DNA from: Eledone cirrhosa
Taxonomy: Eukaryota
Length of the DNA: 64,000 nucleotides
Direction of reading: 5' to 3'
Assembly: GCA_964016885.1 (NCBI GenBank)
Contig: OZ024760.1
Coordinates: 30,132,001 to 30,196,000, forward strand
A model generated the notes under the pieces. The model did no database searches. It was given only the letters and a program-made list of their open reading frames with translations, and had not been told where the DNA came from. Below, piece by piece: positions 43,001 to 56,039 of this stretch. The position numbers and the translations under genes were made by a program. The stretch's first letter is position 1. Each line of letters begins with the position of its first letter.

Positions 43001-43499
43001 ATGTAATGTAATGTAATGTAATGTAATGTAATGTGTAATGTAATGTAATATAATGTAATGTAATGTGTAATGTAATGTAATGTAATGTAATGTGATGTAC
43101 TATGTAATGTAATGTAATGTAATGTAATGTAATGTAATGTGTAATGTAATGTAATGTAATGTAATGTAATGCAATGTAATGTAATGTAATGTAATATGTA
43201 ATGTAATGTAATGTAATGTAATTTAATGTAATGTCTAATGTAATGTAATGTAGTGTAATGTAATGTAATGTAATGTAATATGTAATGTAATGTAATGTAA
43301 TGTAATGTAATGTAATGTAATGTAATGTAATGTAATGTAATGTGTAATGTGTAATGTAATGTAATGTGTAATGTAATGTAATGTACTGTAATGTAATGTA
43401 ATGTAATGTAATGTGTAACGTAATGTAATGTAATGTAATATAATGTAATGTAATATAATGTAATGTAATGTAATGTAATGTAATGTGTAATATAATGTA

Positions 43500-46400
43500 A
43501 CGTAATGTAATGTAATGTAATGTAATATGTAATGTAATTTAATGTAATGCAATGCAATGCAATGCAATGCAATGTAATGTAATGTAATGTAATGTAATGT
43601 AATGTAATGTAATGTAATGTAATGTAATGTAATGTAATGTAATGTAATGTAATGTAATGTAATGTGTAATGTAATGTAATTTAATGTAATGTCTAATGTA
43701 ACGTAATGTAATGTAATGTAATGTAATGTAATGTAATGTGTAATGTAATGTAACGTAATGTAATGTAACTTAATGTTTAATGTAATGTAATGTAATGTAA
43801 TGTGTAATGTAATGTGTAATGTAATGTAACGTAATGTAATGTAATGTAATGTAATGTGTAATGTAGTTTAATGTAATGTAATGTGTAAAGTAATGTAATG
43901 TAATGTAATGTAATGTAATGTAATGTAATGTAATGTAATGTAATGTAATGTAATGTGTAATGTAATGTAATATAATGTAATGTAATGTGTAATGTAATGT
44001 AATGTAATGTAATGTAATGTAGTATGTAATGTAATGTAATGTAATGTAATGTAATGTAATGTGTAATGTAATGTAATGTAATGTAATGTAATGCAATGTA
44101 ATGTAATGTAATGTAATATGTAATGTAATGTAATGTAATGTAATTTAATGTAATGTCTAATGTAATGTAATGTAATGTAATGTAATGTAATGTGTAATAT
44201 AATGTAATGTAATGTAATGTAATGTAATGTAATGTAATGTAATGTGTAATGTAATGTAATGTGTAATGTAATGTAATGTGTAATGTAATGTAATGTAATG
44301 TAATGTAATGTGTAATGTAACGTAATGTAATGTAATGTAATGTGTAATGTAATGTAATGTAATATAATGTAATGTATAATGTAATGTAATGTAATGTAAT
44401 GTAATGTATAATGTAATGTAATGTAATGTAATGTAATGTAATGTAATGTAATGTATAATGTAATGTAATGTAACGTAATGTGTAATGTAATGTAATGTAA
44501 TGAAATGCAATGTAATGTAATTCAATGTAATGTGTAATGTAATGTAATGTAATGTAATGTAATGTGTAACGTAATGTAATGTAATGTAATGTAATGTAAT
44601 GTGTAATGTAATGTAATGTAATGTAATGTAATGTAATGTAATGTAATGTGTAATGTAACGTAATGTAATGTAATGTGTAATGTGTAATGTAATGTAATGT
44701 AATGTAATGTGTAATGTAATGTAATGTAATGTAATGTAATATAATGTAATGTAATGTGTAATGCAATGTAACGTAATGTAATGTAATGTGTAATGTAATG
44801 TAATGTAATGTAATGTAATGTAATATATTGTGTAATGTAATGTAATGTAATGTAATGTAGTATGTAAAGTAATGTAATGTAATGTAATATGTAATGTAAT
44901 GTAATGTAATGTAATGAAATGTAATGTAATATGTAATGTAATGTAATGTGTAATGTAATGTAATGTAATGTAATGTAACGTGTAATGTAATGTAATGTGT
45001 AATGTAATGTAATATAATGTAATGTAATGTAATGTGTAATGTAATGTAAGTCAATGCAATGCAATGCAATGCAATGCAATGCAATGCAATGCAATGCAAT
45101 GCAATGAAATTCAATGCAATGCAATGCAATGCAATGTAATGTAATGTAATGTAATGTAATGTAATGTAATGTAATGTAATGTAATGTGTAATGTAATGTA
45201 AAGTGTAATGTAATGTAATGTAACGTAATATAATGTAATGTAATGTAATGTAATGTAATGTAATGTAATGTAATGTAATGTAATGCAATGTAATGTAATT
45301 TACTGTAATATGTAATGTAATGTAATGTAATGTAATGTAATGTAATGTAACGTAACGTAATGTAATGTAATGTGTAATGTAATGTAATGTAGTGCAATGT
45401 TTAATGTAATGTAATGTGTAATGTGTAATGTAATGTAATGTATTGTAATGTAATGTAATTTAATGTAATGTCTAATGTAATGTAATGTAATGTAATGTAA
45501 TGTAATGTGTAATGTAATGTAACGTAATGTAATGTAACTTAATGTTTAATGTAATGTAATGTAATGTAATGTAATGTAATGTAATGTGTAATGTAATGTA
45601 ATGTAATGTAATGTAATGTAATGTGTAATGTAATGTAATGTAATGTAATGTAATATAATGCAATGTAATATGTAATGTAATTTAATGTAATGTAATGTAA
45701 TGTAATGTGTAATGTAATGTGTAATGTAATGTAATTTAATGTAATGTAATGTAATGTAATGTAATGTAATGTAATGTAATATAATGTGTAATGTAGTGTA
45801 ATGTAATGTAATGTAATGTAATGTAATGTAATGTGTAATGTAATGTAATGTAATGTAATGTGTAATGTATTGTAATGTAATGTAATGTGTAATGTAATGT
45901 AATGTGTAATGTAATGTAATGTGTAATGTAATGTAATGTAATGTGTAATGTGTAATGTGTAATGTAATGTAATGTAATGTAATGTAATGTGTAATGTAAT
46001 GTAATGTAATGTAATGTGTAAAGTAATGTAATGTAATGTAATGTGTAATGTAATGTAATGTAATGTAATGTAATGTGTAATGTAATATAATGTAATGTAA
46101 TGTGTAATGTAATGTAATGTAATGTAATGTATGATGTAATGTAATGTAATGTAACGTGTAATGTAATGTACTGTAATGTAATGTAATGTAATATGTAATG
46201 TAATGTAAGGTAATGTAATTTAATGTAATGTAATGTAATGTGTAATGTAATGTAATGTAATGCAATGCAATGCAATGCAATGCAATGCAATGCAATGCAA
46301 TGCAATGCAATGAAATGCAATGCAATGCAATGCAATGCAATGTAATGTAATGTAATGTAATGTAATGTAATCTAAGGTAATGTGTAATGTAATGTAATGT

Positions 46401-49400
46401 AACGTAACGCAATGTAATGTAATGTGTAATGTAATGTAATGTAATGTAATGTAATGTAATGTAATGTGTAATGTAATGTAATGTAATGTAATGTAATGTA
46501 ATGTAATGTGTAATGTAACGTAATGTAATGTAATGTGTAATGTGTAATGTAATGTAATGTAATGTAATGTAATGTGTAATGTAATGTAATGTAATGTAAT
46601 GTAATATAATGTAATGTAATGTGTAATGCAATGTAACGTAATGTAATGTAATGTGTAATGTAATGTAATGTAATGTAATGTAATGTAATGTAATATATTG
46701 TGTAATGTAATGTAATGTAATGTAATGTAGTATGTAATGTAATGTAATGTAATGTAATATGTAATGTAATGTAATGTAATGTAATGAAATGTAATGTAAT
46801 ATGTAATGTAATGTAATGTGTAATGTAATGTAATGTAATGTAACGTGTAATGTAATGTAATGTGTAATGTAATGTAATGTAATGTAATGTAATGTAATGT
46901 GTAATGTAATGTAATGTAATGTAATGTAATATAATGTAATGTAATGTGTAATGCAATGTAACGTAATGTAATGTAATGTGTAATGTAATGTAATGTAATG
47001 TAATGTAATGTAATATATTGTGTAATGTAATGTAATGTAATGTAATGTAATGTAATGTAATGTAATGTAATGTAATGTAATGTAATGTAATGTAATGTGT
47101 AATGTAATGTAAAGTGTAATGTAATGTAATGTAATGTAATATAATGTAATGTAATGTAATGTAATGTAATGTAATGTAATGTAATGTAATGTAATGTAAT
47201 GTAATGCAATGTAATGTAATTTACTGTAATATGTAATGTAATGTAATGTAATGTAATGTAATGTAATGTAACGTAACGTAATGTAATGTAATGTGTAATG
47301 TAATGTAATGTAGTGCAATGTGTAATGTAATGTAATGTGTAATGTGTAATGTAATGTAATGTATTGTAATGTAATGTAATTTAATGTAATGTCTAATGTA
47401 ATGTAATGTAATGTAATGTAATGTAATGCGTAATGTAATGTAACGTAATGTAATGTAACTTAATGTTTAATGTAATGTAATGTAATGTAATGTAATGTAA
47501 TGTAATGTAATGTAATGTGTAATGTAATGTAATGTAATGTAATGTAATGTAATGTGTAATGTAATGTAATGTAATGTAATGTAATGTAATATAATGCAAT
47601 GTAATATGTAATGTAATTTAATGTAATGTAATGTAATGTAATGTGTAATGTAATGTGTAATGTAATGTAATTTAATGTAATGTAATGTAATGTAATGTAA
47701 TGTAATGTAATGTAATGTGTAATGTAGTGTAATGTAATGTAATGTAATGTAATGTAATGTGTAATGTAATGTAATGTAATGTAATGTGTAATGTATTGTA
47801 ATGTAATGTAATGTATAATGTAATGTAATGTGTAATGTAATGTAATGTAATGTGTAATGTGTAATGTAATGTAATGTAATGTAATGTAATGTAATGTAAT
47901 GTAATGTGTAATGTAATGTAATGTAATGTAATGTGTAAAGTAATGTAATGTAATGTAATGTGTAATGTAATGTAATGTAATGTAATGTAATGTAATGTGT
48001 AATGTAATGTAATGTAATGTAATGTAATGTGTAATGTAATGTAATGTAATGTAATGTAATGTATGATGTAATGTAATGTAATGTAACGTGTAATGTAATG
48101 TACTGTAATGTAATGTAATGTAATATGTAATGTAATGTAAGGTAATGTAATTTAATGTAATGTAATGTAATGTAATGTGTAATGTAATGTAATGTAATGC
48201 AATGCAATGCAATGCAATGCAATGCAATGCAATGCAATGAAATGCAATGCAATGCAATGCAATGCAATGTAATGTAATGTAATGTAATGTAATGTAATCT
48301 AAGGTAATGTGTAATGTAATGTAATGTAACGTAACGCAATGTAATGTAATGTGTAATGTAATGTAATGTAATGTAATGTAATGTAATGTAATGTGTAATG
48401 TAATGTAATGTAATGTGTAATGTAATGTAATGTAATGTAATGTAATGTAATGCAATGTAATGTAATGTAATGTAATGTAATGTAATGTAATGTAATGTAA
48501 TGTAATGTAATGTATAATGTAATGTAATGTAATGTGTAATGTAATGTAATGTAATGTAATGTAATGTAATGTAATGTGTAATTTAATGTGATGTAATGTA
48601 ATGTAATGTGTAATGTAATGTAATGTGTAATGTAATGTAATGTAATGTAATGTCATGTAAGGAAATGTAATATTTAATATGTAATGTAATGTAATGTAAT
48701 GTGAAATGTAATGTAATGTAATGTAATATAATGTAATGTAATGTGTAATGTAATGTAATGTAATGTAATGTAATGTAATGTAATGTAATGTGTAATGTGA
48801 TGTAATGTAATGTAATGTAATGTGTAATGAAATGTAATGTAATGTAATGTAATGTAATGTAATGTAATATGTAATGTAATTTAATGTAATGCAATGTAAT
48901 GTAATGTAATGTAATGTAATGTAATGTAATGTAATGTAATGTAATGTAATGTAATGTAATGTAATGTAATGTAATGTAATGTAATGTAATGTAATGTAAT
49001 GTGTAACGTAATGTAATTTAATGTAATGTCTAATGTAACGTAATGTAATGTAATGTAATGTAATGTAATGCAATGTGTAATGTAATGTAACGTAATGTAA
49101 TGTAACTTAATGTTTAATGTAATGTAATGTAATGTAATGTGTAATGTAATGTGTAATGTAATGTAACGTAATGTAATGTAATGTAATGTAATGTGTAATG
49201 TAGTTTAATGTAATGTAATGTGTAAAGTAATGTAATGTTATGTAATGTAATGTAATGTAATGTAATGTAATGTAATGTAATGTAATGTAATGTAATGTAA
49301 TGTAATGTAATGTGTAATGTAATGTAATGTAATATAATGTAATGTAATGTGTAATGTAATGTAATGTAATGTAATGTAATGTAGTATGTAATGTAATGTA

Positions 49401-52400
49401 ATGTAATGTAATGTAATGTAATGTGTAATGTAATGTAATGTAATGTAATGTAATGCAATGTAATGTAATGTAATGTAATATGTAATGTAATGTAATGTAA
49501 TGCAATTTAATGTAATGTCTAATGTAATGTAATGTAATGTAATGTAATGTAATGTAATGTGTAATATAATGTAATGTAATGTAATGTAATGTAATGTAAT
49601 GTAATGTAATGTGTAATGTAATGTAATGTGTAATGTAATGTAATGTGTAATGTAATGTAATGTAATGTAATGTAATGTGTAATGTAACGTAATGTAATGT
49701 AATGTAATGTGTAATGTAATGTAATGTAATATAATGTAATGTATAATGTAATGTAATGTAATGTAATGTAATGTATAATGTAATGTAATGTAATGTAATG
49801 TAATGTAATGTAATGTAATGTATAATGTAATGTAATGTAACGTAATGTGTAATGTAATGTAATGTAATGAAATGCAATGTAATGTAATTCAATGTAATGT
49901 GTAATGTAATGTAATGTAATGTAATGTAATGTGTAACGTAATGTAATGTAATGTAATGTAATGTAATGTGTAATGTAATGTAATGTAATGTAATGTAATG
50001 TAATGTAATGTGTAATGTAACGTAATGTAATGTAATGTGTAATGTGTAATGTAATGTAATGTAATGTAATGTGTAATGTAATGTAATGTAATGTAATGTA
50101 ATATAATGTAATGTAATGTGTAATGCAATGTAACGTAATGTAATGTAATGTGTAATGTAATGTAATGTAATGTAATGTAATGTAATATATTGTGTAATGT
50201 AATGTAATGTAATGTAATGTAGTATGTAAAGTAATGTAATGTAATGTAATATGTAATGTAATGTAATGTAATGTAATGAAATGTAATGTAATATGTAATG
50301 TAATGTAATATGTAATGTAATGTAATGTAACGTGTAATGTAATGTAATGTGTAATGTAATGTAATATAATGTAATGTAATGTAATGTGTAATGTAATGTA
50401 AGTCAATGCAATGCAATGCAATGCAATGCAATGAAATTCAATGCAATGCAATGCAATGCAATGTAATGTAATGTAATGTAATGTAATGTAATGTAATGTA
50501 ATGTAATGTGTAATGTAATGTAAAGTGTAGTGTAATGTAATGTAATGTAATATAATGTAATGTAATGTAATGTAATGTAATGTAATGTAATGTAATGTAA
50601 TGTAATGCAATGTAATGTAATTTACTGTAATATGTAATGTAATGTAATGTAATGTAATGTAATGTAATGTAACGTAACGTAATGTAATGTAATGTGTAAT
50701 GTAATGTAATGTAGTGCAATGTTTAATGTAATGTAATGTGTAATGTGTAATGTAATGTAATGTATTGTAATGTAATGTAATTTAATGTAATGTCTAATGT
50801 AATGTAATGTAATGTAATGTAATGTAATGTGTAATGTAATGTAATGTAATGTAATGTAACTTAATGTTTAATGTAATGTAATGTAATGTAATGTAATGTA
50901 ATGTAATGTGTAATGTAATGTAATGTAATGTAATGTAATGTAATGTGTAATGTAATGTAATGTAATGTAATGTAATATAATGCAATGTAATATGTAATGT
51001 AATTTAATGTAATGTAATGTAATGTAATGTGTAATGTAATGTGTAATGTAATGTAATTTAATGTAATGTAATGTAATGTAATGTAATGTAATGTGTAATG
51101 TAGTGTAATGTAATGTAATGTAATGTAATGTAATGTAATGTGTAATGTAATGTAATGTAATGTAATGTGTAATGTATTGTAATGTAATGTAATGTGTAAT
51201 GTAATGTAATGTGTAATGTAATGTAATGTAATGTGTAATGTGTAATGTGTAATGTAATGTAATGTAATGTAATGTAATGTGTAATGTAATGTAATGTAAT
51301 GTAATGTAATGTGTAATGTAATATAATGTAATGTAATGTGTAATGTAATGTAATGTAATGTAATGTATGATGTAATGTAATGTAATGTAACGTGTAATGT
51401 AATGTACTGTAATGTAATGTAATGTAATATGTAATGTAATGTAAGGTAATGTAATTTAATGTAATGTAATGTAATGTGTAATGTAATGTAATGTAATGCA
51501 ATGCAATGCAATGCAATGCAATGCAATGCAATGCAATGAAATGCAATGCAATGCAATGCAATGCAATGTAATGTAATGTAATGTAATGTAATCTAAGGTA
51601 ATGTGTAATGTAATGTAATGTAACGTAACGCAATGTAATGTAATGTGTAATGTAATGTAATGTAATGTAATGTAATGTAATGTAATGTAATGTGTAATGT
51701 AATGTAATGTAATGTAATGTAATGTAATGTGTAATGTAACGTAATGTAATGTAATGTGTAATGTGTAATGTAATGTAATGTAATGTAATGTAATGTGTAA
51801 TGTAATGTAATGTAATGTAATGTAATATAATGTAATGTAATGTGTAATGCAATGTAACGTAATGTAATGTAATGTGTAATGTAATGTAATGTAATGTAAT
51901 GTAATGTAATATATTGTGTAATGTAATGTAATGTAATGTAATGTAGTATGTAATGTAATGTAATGTAATATGTAATGTAATGTAATGTAATGTAATGAAA
52001 TGTAATGTAATATGTAATGTAATGTAATGTGTAATGTAATGTAATGTAATGTAACGTGTAATGTAAAGTAATGTGTAATGTAATGTAATGTAATGTAATG
52101 TGTAATGTAATGTAAGTCAATGCAATGCAATGAAATGCAATGCAATGAAATTCAATGCAATGCAATGCAATGCAATGTAATGTAATGTAATGTAATGTAA
52201 TGTAATGTAATGTAATGTAATGTAATGTGTAATGTAATGTAAAGTGTAATGTAATGTAATGTAATGTAATATAATGTAATGTAATGTAATGTAATGTAAT
52301 GTAATGTAATGTAATGTAATGTAATGCAATGTAATGTAATTTACTGTAATATGTAATGTAATGTAATGTAATGTAATGTAATGTAACGTAACGTAATGTA

Positions 52401-54000
52401 ATGTAATGTGTAATGTAATGTAATGTAGTGCAATGTGTAATGTAATGTAATGTGTAATGTGTAATGTAATGTAATGTATTGTAATGTAATGTAATTTAAT
52501 GTAATGTCTAATGTAATGTAATGTAATGTAATGTAATGTAATGCGTAATGTAATGTAACGTAATGTAATGTAACTTAATGTTTAATGTAATGTAATGTAA
52601 TGTAATGTAATGTAATGTAATGTGTAATGTAATGTAATGTAATGTAATGTAATGTAATGTGTAATGTAATGTAATGTAATGTAATGTAATATAATGCAAT
52701 GTAATATGTAATGTAATTTAATGTAATGTAATGTAATGTAATGTGTAATGTAATGTGTAATGTAATGTAATTTAATGTAATGTAATGTAATGTAATGTAA
52801 TGTAATGTAATGTAATGTAATGTAATGTAATGTAATGTAATGTGTAATGTAGTGTAATGTAATGTAATGTAATGTAATGTAATGTGTAATGTAATGTAAT
52901 GTAATGTAATGTGTAATGTATTGTAATGTAATGTAATGTATAATGTAATGTAATGTGTAATGTAATGTAATGTAATGTGTAATGTGTAATGTAATGTAAT
53001 GTAATGTAATGTAATGTGTAATGTAATGTAATGTAATGTAATGTAATGTGTAAAGTAATGTAATGTAATGTAATGTGTAATGTAATGTAATGTAATGTAA
53101 TGTAATGTGTAATGTAATGTAATGTAATGTAATGTAATGTGTAATGTAATGTGTAATGTAATGTAATGTAATGTAATGTAATGTATGATGTAATGTAATG
53201 TAATGTAACGTGTAATGTAATGTACTGTAATGTAATGTAATGTAATATGTAATGTAATGTAAGGTAATGTAATTTAATGTAATGTAATGTAATGTGTAAT
53301 GTAATGTAATGTAATGCAATGCAATGCAATGCAATGCAATGCAATGCAATGCAATGCAATGAAATGCAATGCAATGCAATGCAATGCAATGTAATGTAAT
53401 GTAATGTAATGTAATGTAATCTAAGGTAATGTGTAATGTAATGTAATGTAACGTAACGCAATGTAATGTAATGTGTAATGTAATGTAATGTAATGTAATG
53501 TAATGTAATGTGTAATGTAATGTAATGTAATGTGTAATGTAATGTAATGTAATGTAATGTAATGTAATGTAATGTAATGTAATGTAATGTAATGTAATGT
53601 GTAATGTAATGTAATGTAATGTAATGTGTAATGTAATGTAATGTAATGTAATGTAATGTAATGTAATGTAATGTAATGTAATGTGTAATTTAATGTGATG
53701 TAATGTAATGTAATGTGTAATGTAATGTAATGTGTAATGTAATGTAATGTAATGTAATGTCATGTAAGGAAATGTAATATTTAATATGTAATGTAATGTA
53801 ATGTAATGTGAAATGTAATGTAATGTAATGTAATATAATGTAATGTAATGTGTAATCTAATGTAATGTAATGTAATGTAATGTAATGTAATGTAATGTAA
53901 TGTGTAATGTGATGTAATGTAATGTAATGTAATGTGTAATGAAATGTAATGTAATGTAATGTAATGTAATGTAATATGTAATGTAATGTAATGTAATGTA
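43500..54000 (+). repeat. Nested higher-order repeat: ~5.1-5.4 kb unit x2, each containing a ~1.7-1.9 kb internal duplication
   Basis: Outer pairs: AATTCAATGTAATGTG 44519/49886, AAGTCAA 45048/50400, AATGCG 47425/52540, GTCATGTAAGGAAA 48652/53759. Inner sets of four: GTAGTGCAATG 45389, 47310, 50711, 52425; AACGTAACGCAATG 46401, 48328, 51622, 53450. Confidence 0.9.
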
Positions 54001-56039
54001 ATGTGTAATGTAATGTAATGTAATGTTATGTAATGTAATGTGTAATGTAATGTAATGTAATGTTATGTAATGTAATGTGTAATGTAATGTAATGTGTAAT
54101 GTAATGTAATGTAATGTAATTTGTAATGTAATGTAATGTAACATAATGTGTAATGTAATGTAATGTAATGTAATGTGTAATGTGTAATGTAATTTAATGT
54201 AATGTAATGTAATGTAATGTAATGTAATGTAATGTGTAATGTAATGTAACTTAATGTAATTTAATGTAATTTAATGTAATATAAAGTAATGTGTAATGTG
54301 TAATGTAATTTAATGTAATGTAATGTAATGTAATGTAATGTAATGTAATGTAATGTGTAATGTAATGTAACTTAATGTAATGTAATGTAATGTAATGTAA
54401 TGTAATGTAATGTAATGTAATGTAATGTAATGTAATATGTAATGTAACGTAATTTAACGTAATGTCTAATGTAATGTAATGCAATGCAATGTAATATGTA
54501 ATGTAATGTAATGTAATGTAATTTAATGTAATGTCTAATGTAATGTAATGTGTAATGTAACGTAAGTCAATGCAATGCAATGCAATGCAATGAAATTCAA
54601 TGCAATGCAATGCAATGCAATGTAATGTAATGTAATGTAATGTAATGTAATGTAACGTAACGTAATGTAATGTAATGTAATGTAATGTAATGTAATGTAA
54701 TGTAATGTGTAATGTAATGTAAAGTGTAATGTAATGTAATGTAATATAATGTAATGTAATGTAATGTAATGTAATGTAATGTAATGTAATGTAACGTAAT
54801 GTAATGTAATGTAATGCAATGTAATGTAATTTACTGTAATATGTAATGTAATGTAATGTAATGTAATGTAATGTAACGTAACGTAATGTAATGTAATGTG
54901 TAATGTAATGTAATGTAATGTAATGTGTAATGTAATGTAATGTGTAATGTGTAATGTAATGTAATGTGTAATGTGTAATGTAATGTAATGTAATGTGTAA
55001 TGTAATGTAATTTAATGTAATGTCTAATGTAATGTAATGTAATGTAATGTGTAATGTAATGTAACGTAATGTAATGTAACGTAATGTAATGTAACTTAAT
55101 GTTTAATGTAATGTAATGTAATGTAATGTAATGTGTAATGTAATGTAATGTAATGTAATGTAATGTAATGTAATATAATGCAATGTAATATGTAATGTAA
55201 TTTAATGTAATGTAATGTAATGTAATGTGTAATGTAATGTGTAATGTAATGTAATGTAATTTAATGTAATGTCTAATGTAATGTAATGTAATGTAATGTA
55301 ATGTAATGTGTAATGTAATGTAATGTAATGTAATGTAATGTAATGTAATGTGTAATGTAATGTAATGTAATGTAATGTAATGTAACGTAATGTAACGTAA
55401 TGTAATGTGTAATGTATTGTAATGTAATGAGTAATGTAATGTAATGTGTAATGTAATGTAATGTAATGTGTAATGTGTAATGTGTAATGTAATGTAATGT
55501 AATGTAATGTAATTTAATGTGTAATGTAATGTAATGTAATGTAATGTGTAAAGTAATGTAATGTAATGTAATGTAATGTAATGTAATGTAATGTGTAATG
55601 TAATGTAACTTAATGTAATTTAATGTAATGTAATGTAATGTAATGTAATATGTAATGTAATGTAATGTAACGTAATTTAACGTAATGTCTAATGTAATGT
55701 AATGCAATGTAATGTAATATGTATTGTAATGTAATGTAATGTAATTTAATGTAATGTCTAATGTAATGTAATGTGTAATGTGTAATGTAATGTAATGTAA
55801 TGTAATGTAACGTAATGTGTAATGTGTAATGTGTAATGTAATGTAATGTAATGTAATGTGTAATGTAATGTAATGTAATGTAATTTAATGTAATGTCTAA
55901 TGTAATGTAATGTAGTGTAATGTAATGTAATATGTAATGTAATGTAATGTGTGATGTAATGTAATGTAATGTAATGTAATGTAATGTAATGTAATGTAAT
56001 GTAATGTAATGTAATGTAATGTAATGTAATGTAATGTAA

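Larger units (their letters stand above)
2336..54622 (+). repeat. About 30 short (AATGC)n sub-arrays (25-85 bp each) embedded in the AATGT satellite; coordinates span first to last
   Basis: Examples at ~2336-2390, 3469-3537, 6127-6165, 8956-9006, 10188-10241, 11687-11730, 45052-45136, 46263-46342, 53317-53391 and 54568-54622. No such tract seen after ~54620. Confidence 0.9.
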
